Below are positions 9,565 to 19,508 of a stretch of 64,000 nt of DNA, piece after piece. Source of the stretch: Minisyncoccota bacterium (GTDB lineage: Bacteria; Patescibacteriota; Minisyncoccia; Phycocordibacterales; UBA9973); the NCBI GenBank assembly GCA_043776915.1, contig JAYVQT010000003.1, forward strand, positions 26,187 to 90,186. Reading direction: 5' to 3'. The first letter of the stretch is position 1, and each line of letters opens with the position of its first letter. The position numbers and the translations under genes are program-made. A model generated the notes under the pieces. That model was not told the DNA's origin and ran no database searches. It saw only the letters and a list, made by a program, of their open reading frames with translations.

Positions 9565-10869
9565 TTATCTTTCAAGAAGTCTATCTCCTACTTTAAAGGC
9601 TTCACCAGCACCCATTGTAATAACGACATCCTGAGAAGTTAAAGATACACTCTGTACATATTTTGCAGCATCTTCAATCGAAAGCACCTGAACAGATGTA
9701 TGGTTCACACGGAGAGCCTGCGCAAGCTTGTCTGAACTAATACTACCGTCGTCAACTTCACGAGCTTTGAAAATTGGCAGGAGGACTACTTCATCCGCAT
9801 CCATAAAACATGTGACAAATTCATCAAAGAGCGCCTTGGTTCGACTGAACAAATGTGGTTGAAAAAAAACGTGAAGTGTATACTCATCTTTCGGATATTT
9901 CTCTCGAAATGCTTGTAGACTTGCTGTAACTTCGGTTGGATGATGTGCATAATCATCGTAGACTAATGCTCCAGTATTTGTCGTTCCTTTGTATTCAAAC
10001 CGACGCTCAGTTCCTATAAAACTTGCAAGGCTCTCATCAATTTTTCCTTTTTCAAAGTTAAGGAGACTACCCACAGCCGCAGCGAAACTCGCATCGACTT
10101 GCATATGACGCCCAGGGATTTTAAGTTCTCTCTCGGAAAGATACTTTTTATAGTCAACAACAGTGCACGGTGCTCCATCAATCACATCTTTAATGTCACT
10201 ATTATCTGGGTCGCAAATAACAAAACCATCAGCAGGCACTTTAGCAAGCAGTGTTTTATACGCACTTTTAATATCATCTAAATCTTTGTAGTAATCAACA
10301 TGATCAAGATCGATATTTATAATAATCAGAATATTTGGATTTACATTTAAAAAAGCCCGATAGTATTCATCAGCTTCGACGACGAAGTATGTACTCGCAC
10401 CTTGAATAAAGTTTGACTTCATGCCTTGCAAGAAACTTCCAATCACAACTGTTGGGTCAGCACCGAGCGATATCAACATATGAGCCACCATACCCGTCGT
10501 CGTCGTTTTACCATGACAACCCGACACTGCAATCGTGTACTTATTTTTCGAAACTACGCCAAGCATTTCTGGATAGACACATGAGGGTACCGAAAGTATT
10601 TTTATGTGCTTTAAGAATTCAGGCTCAAGCACCTCAATCGCCCGAGAGTAAACAATTAAGTCTGCATCTTTAGGTATGGCCTCAATGCTTTGACCAATCG
10701 TAATATCTGCACCAAGCTTTCCAAGCTCTATCGTTACCTTGGACTCTTGCATATCTTGCCCCGTCACTTTTTTCCCTTCCCCTATCATCATCCGTGCAAT
10801 TGCCGAAATACCTATTCCGCCACTACCGATAAAATGAACGTGTTTAATTGTAGATAAATCGAGATTCAT
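9565..10869 (-). CDS. murC: UDP-N-acetylmuramate--L-alanine ligase
   Basis: HFIG.GG.G.S, G.HGKTTT, EADE, DDYAHHPTE and FQPH motifs. Confidence 0.96.
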   Translation of the reverse strand: MNLDLSTIKHVHFIGSGGIGISAIARMMIGEGKKVTGQDMQESKVTIELGKLGADITIGQSIEAIPKDADLIVYSRAIEVLEPEFLKHIKILSVPSCVYPEMLGVVSKNKYTIAVSGCHGKTTTTGMVAHMLISLGADPTVVIGSFLQGMKSNFIQGASTYFVVEADEYYRAFLNVNPNILIIINIDLDHVDYYKDLDDIKSAYKTLLAKVPADGFVICDPDNSDIKDVIDGAPCTVVDYKKYLSERELKIPGRHMQVDASFAAAVGSLLNFEKGKIDESLASFIGTERRFEYKGTTNTGALVYDDYAHHPTEVTASLQAFREKYPKDEYTLHVFFQPHLFSRTKALFDEFVTCFMDADEVVLLPIFKAREVDDGSISSDKLAQALRVNHTSVQVLSIEDAAKYVQSVSLTSQDVVITMGAGEAFKVGDRLLER

Positions 10870-10870
10870 A

Positions 10871-12199
10871 TTATTTTAATTTCCTTACTATCTTCATAAA
10901 CTGATCATTGCGGTCGTATTCATTGATAAACATACCAAATGATGCAAAGCCAGGACTCAGGAGTACTATATCTCCTTTCTTTGCAGATTGTATAGCAGTC
11001 GAAACTGCATCTTTGATATTTGCAACTATAATCGTATCTGTTTTTATTTTTTCGTTTAGAAGTTTATTGGTACCAGTACCAGCAAGTAAAACAATATATT
11101 TTGTATGCATAGTAATAGCTTTTACTAATGCACCGAGCGGCAAATTTTTATCTGATCCACCAGCGATTAAAATAATATTTTTCTTTTTACTTCCAAGTGC
11201 TTCAAGACCTGCGACAGTTGCCTCCGGGGTTGTCGCATTATTGTCGTTGTATATCTTTATGCCATGCACTTCTTTTACAAACTGCAAACGTCCTTCTAGT
11301 CCCTTAAAATCTGCTACGGCTTTCTTAATTTTCGTTAAAGGAATGTCGAATTGCTTAGCCACTTCCACTGCACAGGCAAGATTCTCACGCTGATATTCAC
11401 CTGGCACAATAAATTTCCACGAAGCAACATCTTTTTTGCTAGCAACAATAAGGTCTGCTTTAATATTTTTAGGAATAAGTTTCTGCATACCTGGGCGAAT
11501 AACAAGTACATCACCCTTTTGTTGATAATTGAAAATATTTGCTTTATCAGAAAAATACGTTTTCATATTATCTTTATAGTAATTCATATGATCTGGCATA
11601 AAGCTCGTAAATACAGAAATATCAGGCGATAATTGTATTTCGCCAAATCCTTGGAGTTGCCAGGAATCAAGTTCAAGTACTACAATGTCGCCGTCTTTTA
11701 CTTTTTTAGCCAGCGGTAATGTTGCCTTCCCGCGGATATTGCCACCGATAAATACGTTGCGGCCCAGATAACTTTCATTTGCTTTTAGTATTTCGTAGAT
11801 GAGTGTCGTCGTCATAGATTTACCACGAGTACCCGTGATACCAACAATGATTACCTCAGGGCATAATTCTACAAAAAGTGACGCGTCCATTTTAACCGGA
11901 ATATTATTTTTCTGTGCTTCTTTTATATAGATAGAGTCGAGGGGCACACCCGCAGATTTGATAATCATATCTTTATCTTTAAAATCTTTAAGATCATGTG
12001 TACCAAGTGTATACGTGATATGTTTGTATTTTGAAAGTGCGTTAATTGAAGTAGCCAATTGTTCTTTAGTTTTCAGATCAGTCACTGTTAAAATCGCTCC
12101 CTGTTCTGCAAGGAATTTTGTATACCCCAGACCTCGTCCCAAAAGCCCGAGTCCCATAATAGTAATCTTTTTATTTTTAAAATAAGTTTTGTAATTCAT
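10871..12199 (-). CDS. murD: UDP-MurNAc-L-Ala--D-glutamate ligase
   Basis: GITGTRGKS, GGNI, ELDSWQL and LLSPGFASFGMF motifs. Confidence 0.95.
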   Translation of the reverse strand: MNYKTYFKNKKITIMGLGLLGRGLGYTKFLAEQGAILTVTDLKTKEQLATSINALSKYKHITYTLGTHDLKDFKDKDMIIKSAGVPLDSIYIKEAQKNNIPVKMDASLFVELCPEVIIVGITGTRGKSMTTTLIYEILKANESYLGRNVFIGGNIRGKATLPLAKKVKDGDIVVLELDSWQLQGFGEIQLSPDISVFTSFMPDHMNYYKDNMKTYFSDKANIFNYQQKGDVLVIRPGMQKLIPKNIKADLIVASKKDVASWKFIVPGEYQRENLACAVEVAKQFDIPLTKIKKAVADFKGLEGRLQFVKEVHGIKIYNDNNATTPEATVAGLEALGSKKKNIILIAGGSDKNLPLGALVKAITMHTKYIVLLAGTGTNKLLNEKIKTDTIIVANIKDAVSTAIQSAKKGDIVLLSPGFASFGMFINEYDRNDQFMKIVRKLK

Positions 12200-12201
12200 A
12201 A

Positions 12202-13965
12202 TTAAAATAGTTGCTTCTGCCAGAGTTCATAGAATCGGCCTTGTGCCTTCATAAGCTCTTCATATGACCCCATCTCAAGTATACCACCGTCTTCGATAAC
12301 AATAATCTTATCCATTTCACGAATAGTGGTGAGACGATGAGCAATAACAATCGCCGTGACATTTTCAAAAAATGTATGGAGTGAATCTTTAATCTTCTCT
12401 TCAGACTCAAGATCAAGATGCGACGTCGCCTCATCAAGAAGTAAAATTGACGGCTCTTTAAATATCGCTCGCGCAATTCCAAGTCGCTGACGTTCTCCAC
12501 CTGAGAGCTTGACTCCTCGTTCGCCGATAAGCGTATCTACACCGCCCTCAAGCTTGCCCAAGAAATCTTTGACATGACTAACCGAAAGAGATTTCTGAAA
12601 TAACTCTTCGTCTTCCGACTTTGCCGGCTGAGCAATCGTAATATTCTCTTTCAGTGAAAAGTTAAAAACTTCTGTGTCTTGTGGAACTATCGAGACATGC
12701 TTATAAAAATCACTGGCAACTATATCCTTAATATTCGTACCACCAACTTGTATCACACCGCTATAGTCGACACGCTCACGAATAAGTAACTTAAATAGCG
12801 TTGATTTACCAGCTCCCGAAAGCCCCACAATACCAACCTTCTCTCCATTTTTAACACTGAAAGAAATATTTTTAAGTGCTTCATTCTCACCATATGAGAA
12901 AGAAAGATTTTCTACTTTTAATGCATCCCAACTTTCAGGAAAAACTTCTGTTGCTTTCTCAACCGGTACATCCTTACCAATCAAATCATACATGCGAAAA
13001 ATTGATTGACGGTGCACAATCATGTCCTGGCTTGCATCAGTCAACTCCTTTACAGTCTCCCAAATATTTGCAAAATATGACCAGAAAAGAACGATTAGGC
13101 CTACCTCATACTTGCCATGAATTATATTGAACGAAATATATGCAATAGCAATGATAGAAAATAGCTGCGCATAATTTCCCATAAAACTACCTCTAAATTG
13201 GAAATTATTTATCCTTTTAGTAACTGCAAGAAGTGCTTTATCAGTAAGCAAGCCTACTCTGCGGATCATTTCACTACCTACATTTAGCACTCGTATAGTT
13301 CTTATATTACTTACCGTCTCATATACTATTCCACTGAATTGATCCTCTTCTACATTAAAATTATGTGCTGCTACAATACACCTATTTTGTAATAGTTTGG
13401 ATATATAAAAATAAGTAATTATAAAAACAACCATAAAAATACTTATGGTCAAATCGAATTTATACAAAATGAAAGTAATACCTACTATACGTGTAAATAT
13501 TTCAATATAGTTACCTATATATAAGTATAAAATTTCTTTATAAGCCTGAGAACCACGCTCAATTCTTTTTATTTTTACTCCTGAGGATTCAACTTCATGC
13601 CAAGTACTATCTTTAGAAATCAATATGCTGAGCATTTTCTTTTCAACAGTAAACCAAATATCATGTCCAGCTCGATACATGATTTTTTTACTAAAAAATA
13701 CAGTCCAGTAACGAATAAATATGCTTATGCCCCATAAAATTAATAGAGTTATAATATATTTTTTTTCTGGTTTTACTCTGGCAAGATATGTGACAAGTGT
13801 TGCAAATGCAAATGCAGGATACAAAGAAACTATGTCACTGACAAGCCTTAATAATGAACCTAGTATTAAGTATTTTCTTCTTTTACCAGAATGAATCCAG
13901 ATATCTTTTATAATATCTTTAATCTGATACTGTTTTCCTTTTTCATTTGGATCTGATATTTTCAT
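12202..13965 (-). CDS. ABC exporter, fused TMD-NBD (MsbA/multidrug-like)
   Basis: About six TM helices, Walker A GLSGAGKS, signature LSGGERQR, Walker B LLLDEAT and IAHRL. Confidence 0.93.
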   Translation of the reverse strand: MKISDPNEKGKQYQIKDIIKDIWIHSGKRRKYLILGSLLRLVSDIVSLYPAFAFATLVTYLARVKPEKKYIITLLILWGISIFIRYWTVFFSKKIMYRAGHDIWFTVEKKMLSILISKDSTWHEVESSGVKIKRIERGSQAYKEILYLYIGNYIEIFTRIVGITFILYKFDLTISIFMVVFIITYFYISKLLQNRCIVAAHNFNVEEDQFSGIVYETVSNIRTIRVLNVGSEMIRRVGLLTDKALLAVTKRINNFQFRGSFMGNYAQLFSIIAIAYISFNIIHGKYEVGLIVLFWSYFANIWETVKELTDASQDMIVHRQSIFRMYDLIGKDVPVEKATEVFPESWDALKVENLSFSYGENEALKNISFSVKNGEKVGIVGLSGAGKSTLFKLLIRERVDYSGVIQVGGTNIKDIVASDFYKHVSIVPQDTEVFNFSLKENITIAQPAKSEDEELFQKSLSVSHVKDFLGKLEGGVDTLIGERGVKLSGGERQRLGIARAIFKEPSILLLDEATSHLDLESEEKIKDSLHTFFENVTAIVIAHRLTTIREMDKIIVIEDGGILEMGSYEELMKAQGRFYELWQKQLF

Positions 13966-13966
13966 T

Positions 13967-15400
13967 TTATTTAAAATTTTTCTTTAATTCCTCCATATCA
14001 TCAAAGTGAGTTTTCAGGCCGTTCACTTCTTGATACTTCTCGTGACCTTTGCCGGCGACGAGTATATAATCCCCTTCTTTAGCAAGTTCAACTCCCTTCT
14101 TTATCGCTTCATGCCGATCAGCTATCACTAATACTTCTTTCCCACCAATTGGATTGATGGAGATACTTTCTAAACCCTTCTTCATATCTGCCAAAATAGC
14201 GAACGGGTCTTCGGTGCGAGGATTGTCGGACGTTAAAATGACAATATCACTCATATCGTAACCAATCCGTGCCATGATCGGTCTTTTCATTTTATCCCGA
14301 TCGCCACCACAACCAAATACTGAAATAACTTTTCCATCTTTTTTCATTTCGAAAATAGTTTTAAGTACATTTTCAAGCGCATCGGGAGTATGCGCATAGT
14401 CGACAATAGCTACTCTATTATCATTACTTTTTACATACTGGAATCGACCTTCGACTGGCTCAAGATTTTTCATCATATCTCGTACTTTTCCTCGATCTTC
14501 ATCAAGAAGGATAGCCGTCGCATAGACAGCAAGCACATTATACGCATTGAATTCACCAATGAGCTTTGTCTCGAACCGTTCATGAAAGCTGGCCTTGGTG
14601 GTAGCTATATCTGGATCTTCTTTTAAACTATAGAAATATTTCTTTGCCTGTGTACTTGAGAGCATATATGCACCATTTGAATCGTCACTATTCGAAAGAA
14701 CAAAGACATCTTCAGTCAGGCTATCAAAAAATACTTTCTTAGCATCACGATAATTCTCAAATGTCTGATGATAATCAAGATGATCTTGTGTTAAATTCGT
14801 AAAAACTCCGCCTGTAAAAAAGAGCCCACTAATCCGCTTCTCGACAACAGCATGTGAGCTTACTTCCATGAAGCAATAGTCACAACCCTCGTCGACCATT
14901 TGCTTAAGTAATTTATTCAAAGTTATCGAGTCAGGAGTCGTTCGCTCGGCATCCATGAGCGTATCATTCACTTTATTCACGATAGTCCCCATCATACCAA
15001 CCCTGTGACCAAGATTACGAAAAAGCTGATGGAGAAGTGTGGTAATAGTAGTCTTACCATTTGTACCCGTCACACCGACGAGCTTTAGCTTCTCTGATGG
15101 ATAATCATAAAACGCACTTGCAAGCTTACCGACCGCATCATGACTATCAGCAACTTTTATATAAGTCACACCCTCTTTGTATTCTTCAAGATCTTTCTGG
15201 TGCACGATAACATGTGCACCATGCTCTATCGCTCGGTCTATATACGTATGACCGTCAAGCAACCTACCCACGAGTGCAATAAATAATGATCCTGCCTGAA
15301 CAGTTTGAGAATTTAACGATAGAGAACTAATAGATATATCAAAATCACCTTTTGTATCTATCATGACTATCTCTTTAATTAATTCCTGGAGGCTTTTCAT
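13967..15400 (-). CDS. murE: UDP-MurNAc-tripeptide synthetase MurE (meso-DAP-type DNPR motif)
   Basis: GVTGTNGKTT, MEVSSH, DHLDYH, VDYAHTPD, SDNPR and GKGHE motifs. Confidence 0.96.
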   Translation of the reverse strand: MKSLQELIKEIVMIDTKGDFDISISSLSLNSQTVQAGSLFIALVGRLLDGHTYIDRAIEHGAHVIVHQKDLEEYKEGVTYIKVADSHDAVGKLASAFYDYPSEKLKLVGVTGTNGKTTITTLLHQLFRNLGHRVGMMGTIVNKVNDTLMDAERTTPDSITLNKLLKQMVDEGCDYCFMEVSSHAVVEKRISGLFFTGGVFTNLTQDHLDYHQTFENYRDAKKVFFDSLTEDVFVLSNSDDSNGAYMLSSTQAKKYFYSLKEDPDIATTKASFHERFETKLIGEFNAYNVLAVYATAILLDEDRGKVRDMMKNLEPVEGRFQYVKSNDNRVAIVDYAHTPDALENVLKTIFEMKKDGKVISVFGCGGDRDKMKRPIMARIGYDMSDIVILTSDNPRTEDPFAILADMKKGLESISINPIGGKEVLVIADRHEAIKKGVELAKEGDYILVAGKGHEKYQEVNGLKTHFDDMEELKKNFK

Positions 15401-15435
15401 TTACTCACTGTAACATAAGATTTTACCAAAAGAAA

Positions 15436-15462
15436 ACAAACGTCTCAAGATTAAGACGTTTG
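15436..15462. terminator. Hairpin between cmk and murE
   Basis: CAAACGTCT-N8-AGACGTTTG. Confidence 0.45.
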
Positions 15463-15473
15463 AATAAATAGTG

Positions 15474-16055
15474 CTATTCTTTAAGCCATTTTTTGTAAGC
15501 ATCAGAGATAATCTGAGGTACTCTTTCCTTTGTATTTTCTGGAAGAGTGTTATCTATGACTAAATCATAATGAGCGGGTGATGTATGATCCTCAATACCA
15601 TATAATTCTTTATACCTTTTTCTTTCACTTTCTAATCGTCGAGTAATTGATTCAACAATTTTTTCAACTGTATCGAACCCTTGCCTTGATTCATTATGAC
15701 GACTAGCGTTAACTTTCGCATCTTCCATGATTCTTTTAGCTGCAGTTTTAGCATCACAGTAAAGAAATACTTTAAATGCTTCCGGTATGAAATAAAATCC
15801 CAAACGGGAATCAAGTACAATATCTTTTTTCTTACCAATTTCTAAATTATAATCATCAAGTTCTTTATCAATCAAAGGATCAGTTTCGGCTCTTTCACTT
15901 AACTCGTTCAGCGTAATCCCTCTTTTCTCTGCCATGGATCTCATAAAATCTCCTGTTGATTTTTTCTCATACCCTAAAACAAGAGCAGTACCGCTTGAAG
16001 CAGAAGATTTACCTCCACCGTTATTTCCAGCAATTGTAATTATATATTTTTTCAT
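15474..16055 (-). CDS. cmk: Cytidylate kinase, archaeal-type short form
   Basis: ITIAG..GGGKS P-loop, STGDFMR, D.ELD, VLDSRL, RY..LYG and YDLVID motifs. Confidence 0.85.
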   Translation of the reverse strand: MKKYIITIAGNNGGGKSSASSGTALVLGYEKKSTGDFMRSMAEKRGITLNELSERAETDPLIDKELDDYNLEIGKKKDIVLDSRLGFYFIPEAFKVFLYCDAKTAAKRIMEDAKVNASRHNESRQGFDTVEKIVESITRRLESERKRYKELYGIEDHTSPAHYDLVIDNTLPENTKERVPQIISDAYKKWLKE

Positions 16056-16130
16056 ATATTGTATTTTTACAGTATACTACAATATTTATATATGATAGTC
16101 AAAAGAGGCTTTCTTTGCTAGAATAGTCGC

Positions 16131-17270
16131 ATGAAAATCCTTGCTATTGAGACAAGTTGCGACGATACTTGTATCGCTATTATTGAAGTAAAAGAATTAC
16201 AGAAAAAAACTTCTTTTACAATACTTTCGAATGTCGTCCACACACAACTCATTCATAATCAATATGGAGGTGTCTTCCCTGCTATGGCCAAGCGTGAGCA
16301 TATCAAAAATATCAATAGTGTCTATGAACATGCGATGAATGAGGCAAAAAATCCAAATATTGATATTATTGCGGTGACCGTTGGTCCTGGGCTTGAGCCA
16401 GCCCTCTGGGTTGGAATTACCTTTGCTGAAGAACTTGCAAAAAAGTGGAGTATTCCTATCATTCCCGTCAACCACATGGAAGGGCATATCCTTTCAATAT
16501 TTCCAAACAAAACTAACAGGTTCAGTATAGACAAAAATAAAAAAATATTTCCCCTGCTGTCACTTCTCGTTTCTGGTGGGCATACTGAAATAATTTTAAT
16601 AAAAAAATGGCAGGAGTACACACTGATCGGCCAGACGCGCGACGATGCCGCAGGTGAAGCATTTGACAAAGTCGCTCGCATGCTCGGACTTCCCTACCCA
16701 GGCGGACCGGAAATTTCAAGATTAGCACAAGCTGAGCGAAAGAATAGTGCGGTGAGAAGCCTAGAGAGCACGGTAGCGAGAGCTCGAGGTATTTTTCAGC
16801 AGAAAAATACCCGTGGTTCTCAGAGTACTATTTCGAGTGAAGTAACCCTCCCTCGCCCGATGATACATTCAAAAGACTATGATTTTTCTTTTTCTGGACT
16901 GAAAACAGCGGTGCTGTATTATATCCGTGACCATGGACCACTTACTGAAAAAATGAAATCAGAAATCGCTCGAGAATTTGAAGATGCCGCTATCGAAGTA
17001 CTGGTCTCGAAGACAGTTCGCGCCTTACAAGAATTCAAAACAAAAACCCTGATCATTGGCGGCGGAGTCTCCGCCAACTCATATCTGCAAAAAGTTTTTA
17101 AAAAGGCCATTAAAAAATTAGACCCTAAAGTAATCATTCACTTCCCCACCCAAAAACTCACCGGCGACAATGCCCTCATGATCGCGATCGCCGGATATTT
17201 TAAATATAAAAATAAAAAATATTCAAAGAATCCAGATAACATTGTAGCCAATGGAAATCTATCTTTATAA
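16131..17270 (+). CDS. tsaD: tRNA t6A synthesis protein TsaD, with an in-frame insertion
   Basis: IETSCDDT, GPGL, NHMEGH, VSGGHT, DDAAGEAFDK, FSFSGLKT, GGVSAN and DNA.MI motifs. Confidence 0.97.
   Translation: MKILAIETSCDDTCIAIIEVKELQKKTSFTILSNVVHTQLIHNQYGGVFPAMAKREHIKNINSVYEHAMNEAKNPNIDIIAVTVGPGLEPALWVGITFAEELAKKWSIPIIPVNHMEGHILSIFPNKTNRFSIDKNKKIFPLLSLLVSGGHTEIILIKKWQEYTLIGQTRDDAAGEAFDKVARMLGLPYPGGPEISRLAQAERKNSAVRSLESTVARARGIFQQKNTRGSQSTISSEVTLPRPMIHSKDYDFSFSGLKTAVLYYIRDHGPLTEKMKSEIAREFEDAAIEVLVSKTVRALQEFKTKTLIIGGGVSANSYLQKVFKKAIKKLDPKVIIHFPTQKLTGDNALMIAIAGYFKYKNKKYSKNPDNIVANGNLSL
16742..16833 (+). repeat. Palindromic/structured element inserted in frame in tsaD
   Basis: Stems at 16742-16750/16825-16833, 16753-16758/16817-16822, 16766-16769/16782-16785 and 16788-16797/16802-16811. 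Confidence 0.65.
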
Positions 17271-17306
17271 TTTTGGAAAAAAACTCTAAAATGCTATATT
17301 TCCTAT

Positions 17307-19508
17307 ATGAATGATGACCTTCCCAATATCGACCCTCGACTCTTAAAACCATATGACCCGGCGGAAACTGAAAACCGCATATATAAGCTTTGGGAAGAAA
17401 GCGGCTTTTTTAATCCTGATACGTGTATTGAAAAAGGAATCACGAAAGAAGATGCAGAACCTTTCTCTATCATTATGCCTCCACCAAATGCAACAGGTGT
17501 TCTTCATATGGGCCATGCCCTCATGCTTACGATTGAAGATATCATGATCCGCTATAAACGCATGCAAGGGTTCAAGACACTCTGGATCCCTGGTACCGAT
17601 CATGCGGCTATCGCGACTCAGTCAAAAGTAGAAAAAGAAATTAGTAAGAAAGAAGGTAAATCTCGTCACGATCTCGGACGGACAGAATTACTCAAACGCA
17701 TCGATTCATTCGTGACAGAGAATCGTTCGACAATGACAAACCAAATGAAAGTTATGGGTGCATCATGCGACTGGTCACGTGAAGCCTTTACTCTCGATGA
17801 TGCTCGCACGAAAGCAGTTCGGACACTATTTAAAATGATGTATGATGATGGTCTTATTTATCAAGGAAATCGTATTGTGAACTGGGATCCAAAAGGTCAA
17901 ACAACTATTTCTGATGATGAAATAGTTTACGAAGAGCGAAAATCTAAACTCTACACATTTAAGTACTCCAAAGATTTTCCAATAGCTATTTCAACAACTC
18001 GTCCAGAAACAAAAGTCGGTGATGTGGCAGTAGCAGTCCATCCTGAAGATATACGCTATACGACATTTATCGGTAAAGAGTATGATGCAGTGTTTTGTGG
18101 TGTACCAATTCATATAAAAATAATTGCTGATACTGCCGTAGAAAAAGAATTCGGCACAGGAGCACTTGGAGTGACACCTGCGCATAGTATGATCGACTGG
18201 GACATTGCCATACGCCACGAACTTCCCCATAGACAAGTTATTAATGAGTATGCCAAAATGTCTGTTGGTGACGAACGTATCATTGGCAAGAAAACAACTG
18301 AAGCCAGAGACATCATCGTCGAATGGCTTCGTACTGAAAATTTACTAGAAAAAGAAGAAGAAGTGACCCAAAATATTGCCACAGCAGAACGTACAAGTGG
18401 TATCATTGAACCATTACCCAAATTACAATGGTTTATCGATGTACATAAGCCAATACCAGCACGACACAATAAAACTCTCAAAGATCTTATGCGCGAGCCA
18501 GTATATGACAAGAGCATTATGATCATGCCTGATTATTTCTCAAAGACGTACTTTCACTGGATTGATAATCTTCGTGACTGGTGTATTTCCAGACAAATCT
18601 GGTACGGACACCGTATTCCAGTCTGGTATCGAAACAAAGAAATCTATACTGGCATCAATGCTCCCGAAGGAGATGATTGGGAACAGGATCCTGATACACT
18701 CGATACGTGGTTCTCAGCTGCCCTCTGGACATTCTCGACGCTTGGCTGGCCAAACCAAACAAAGGAGTTAGCACTCTATCATCCAACAGATGTCTTAGAA
18801 ACAGGATATGAAATTTTATTTTTCTGGGTCGCTCGTATGATCCTCATGAGTCAATATGCACTTGATGAAATTCCATTTAAGACTATATATCTGCATGGTA
18901 CCGTTCGTGATAGTAAAGGAGAAAAAATGTCCAAATCTCTCGGTAATGGGATTGATCCTATTGATATTAAAGACAAATATGGGATCGATGCTGGTCGTAT
19001 GGCACTTATCGTCGGCACTACGCCTGGCACAGATACCAAAATTTCTGAGGACAAAATTAAAGGCTATAAAAACTTTGCCAATAAACTTTGGAATATTACT
19101 CGATTCGTTCTTTCCTCAACTGGTGAGAGAACATATGACACTGTATTTAATACTTATACCGAAAAAGATCGCGAGCTCATGCAGGAACGCGATACCATGA
19201 TCGCTATCATCACGAAAGAAATGGATGAATACAAATTCTATTTAGTCAGCGAGAAAATATACCACTATACTTGGACACGATTAGCCGATAGTATCCTTGA
19301 GGAAAGTAAAGTACTATTAGCTGGTACTGACAGTAAAGCGATAGATTCTCGAATTCAATTTCTGCTTGATACACTGATAAAAATCATAATAATCCTTCAC
19401 CCATTCATGCCATTTGTTACTGAAGAAATTTGGTCAATGCTTCCTATTAAAGATAGAAATTTATTACTAGTAACAACTTGGCCGAAAGCACATGATGGAA
19501 CTCTTTAA
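17307..19508 (+). CDS. valS: Valine--tRNA ligase, short form without the C-terminal coiled coil
   Basis: PPPN.TG.LHMGH, DHAAIATQ, DWCISRQIWYGH and KMSKS motifs. Confidence 0.96.
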   Translation: MNDDLPNIDPRLLKPYDPAETENRIYKLWEESGFFNPDTCIEKGITKEDAEPFSIIMPPPNATGVLHMGHALMLTIEDIMIRYKRMQGFKTLWIPGTDHAAIATQSKVEKEISKKEGKSRHDLGRTELLKRIDSFVTENRSTMTNQMKVMGASCDWSREAFTLDDARTKAVRTLFKMMYDDGLIYQGNRIVNWDPKGQTTISDDEIVYEERKSKLYTFKYSKDFPIAISTTRPETKVGDVAVAVHPEDIRYTTFIGKEYDAVFCGVPIHIKIIADTAVEKEFGTGALGVTPAHSMIDWDIAIRHELPHRQVINEYAKMSVGDERIIGKKTTEARDIIVEWLRTENLLEKEEEVTQNIATAERTSGIIEPLPKLQWFIDVHKPIPARHNKTLKDLMREPVYDKSIMIMPDYFSKTYFHWIDNLRDWCISRQIWYGHRIPVWYRNKEIYTGINAPEGDDWEQDPDTLDTWFSAALWTFSTLGWPNQTKELALYHPTDVLETGYEILFFWVARMILMSQYALDEIPFKTIYLHGTVRDSKGEKMSKSLGNGIDPIDIKDKYGIDAGRMALIVGTTPGTDTKISEDKIKGYKNFANKLWNITRFVLSSTGERTYDTVFNTYTEKDRELMQERDTMIAIITKEMDEYKFYLVSEKIYHYTWTRLADSILEESKVLLAGTDSKAIDSRIQFLLDTLIKIIIILHPFMPFVTEEIWSMLPIKDRNLLLVTTWPKAHDGTL

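Noticed and set aside
17268-17275. TAATTTTG upstream of valS as a Bacteroidota-type promoter for the foreign sigma
   Set aside because: A single short match in AT-rich DNA is expected by chance; it needs a genome-wide enrichment test.
17307-19508. ValS as a truncated pseudogene
   Set aside because: All catalytic motifs and the anticodon-binding region are present and the stop overlaps the next gene; short ValS forms lacking the coiled coil are expected in this lineage.
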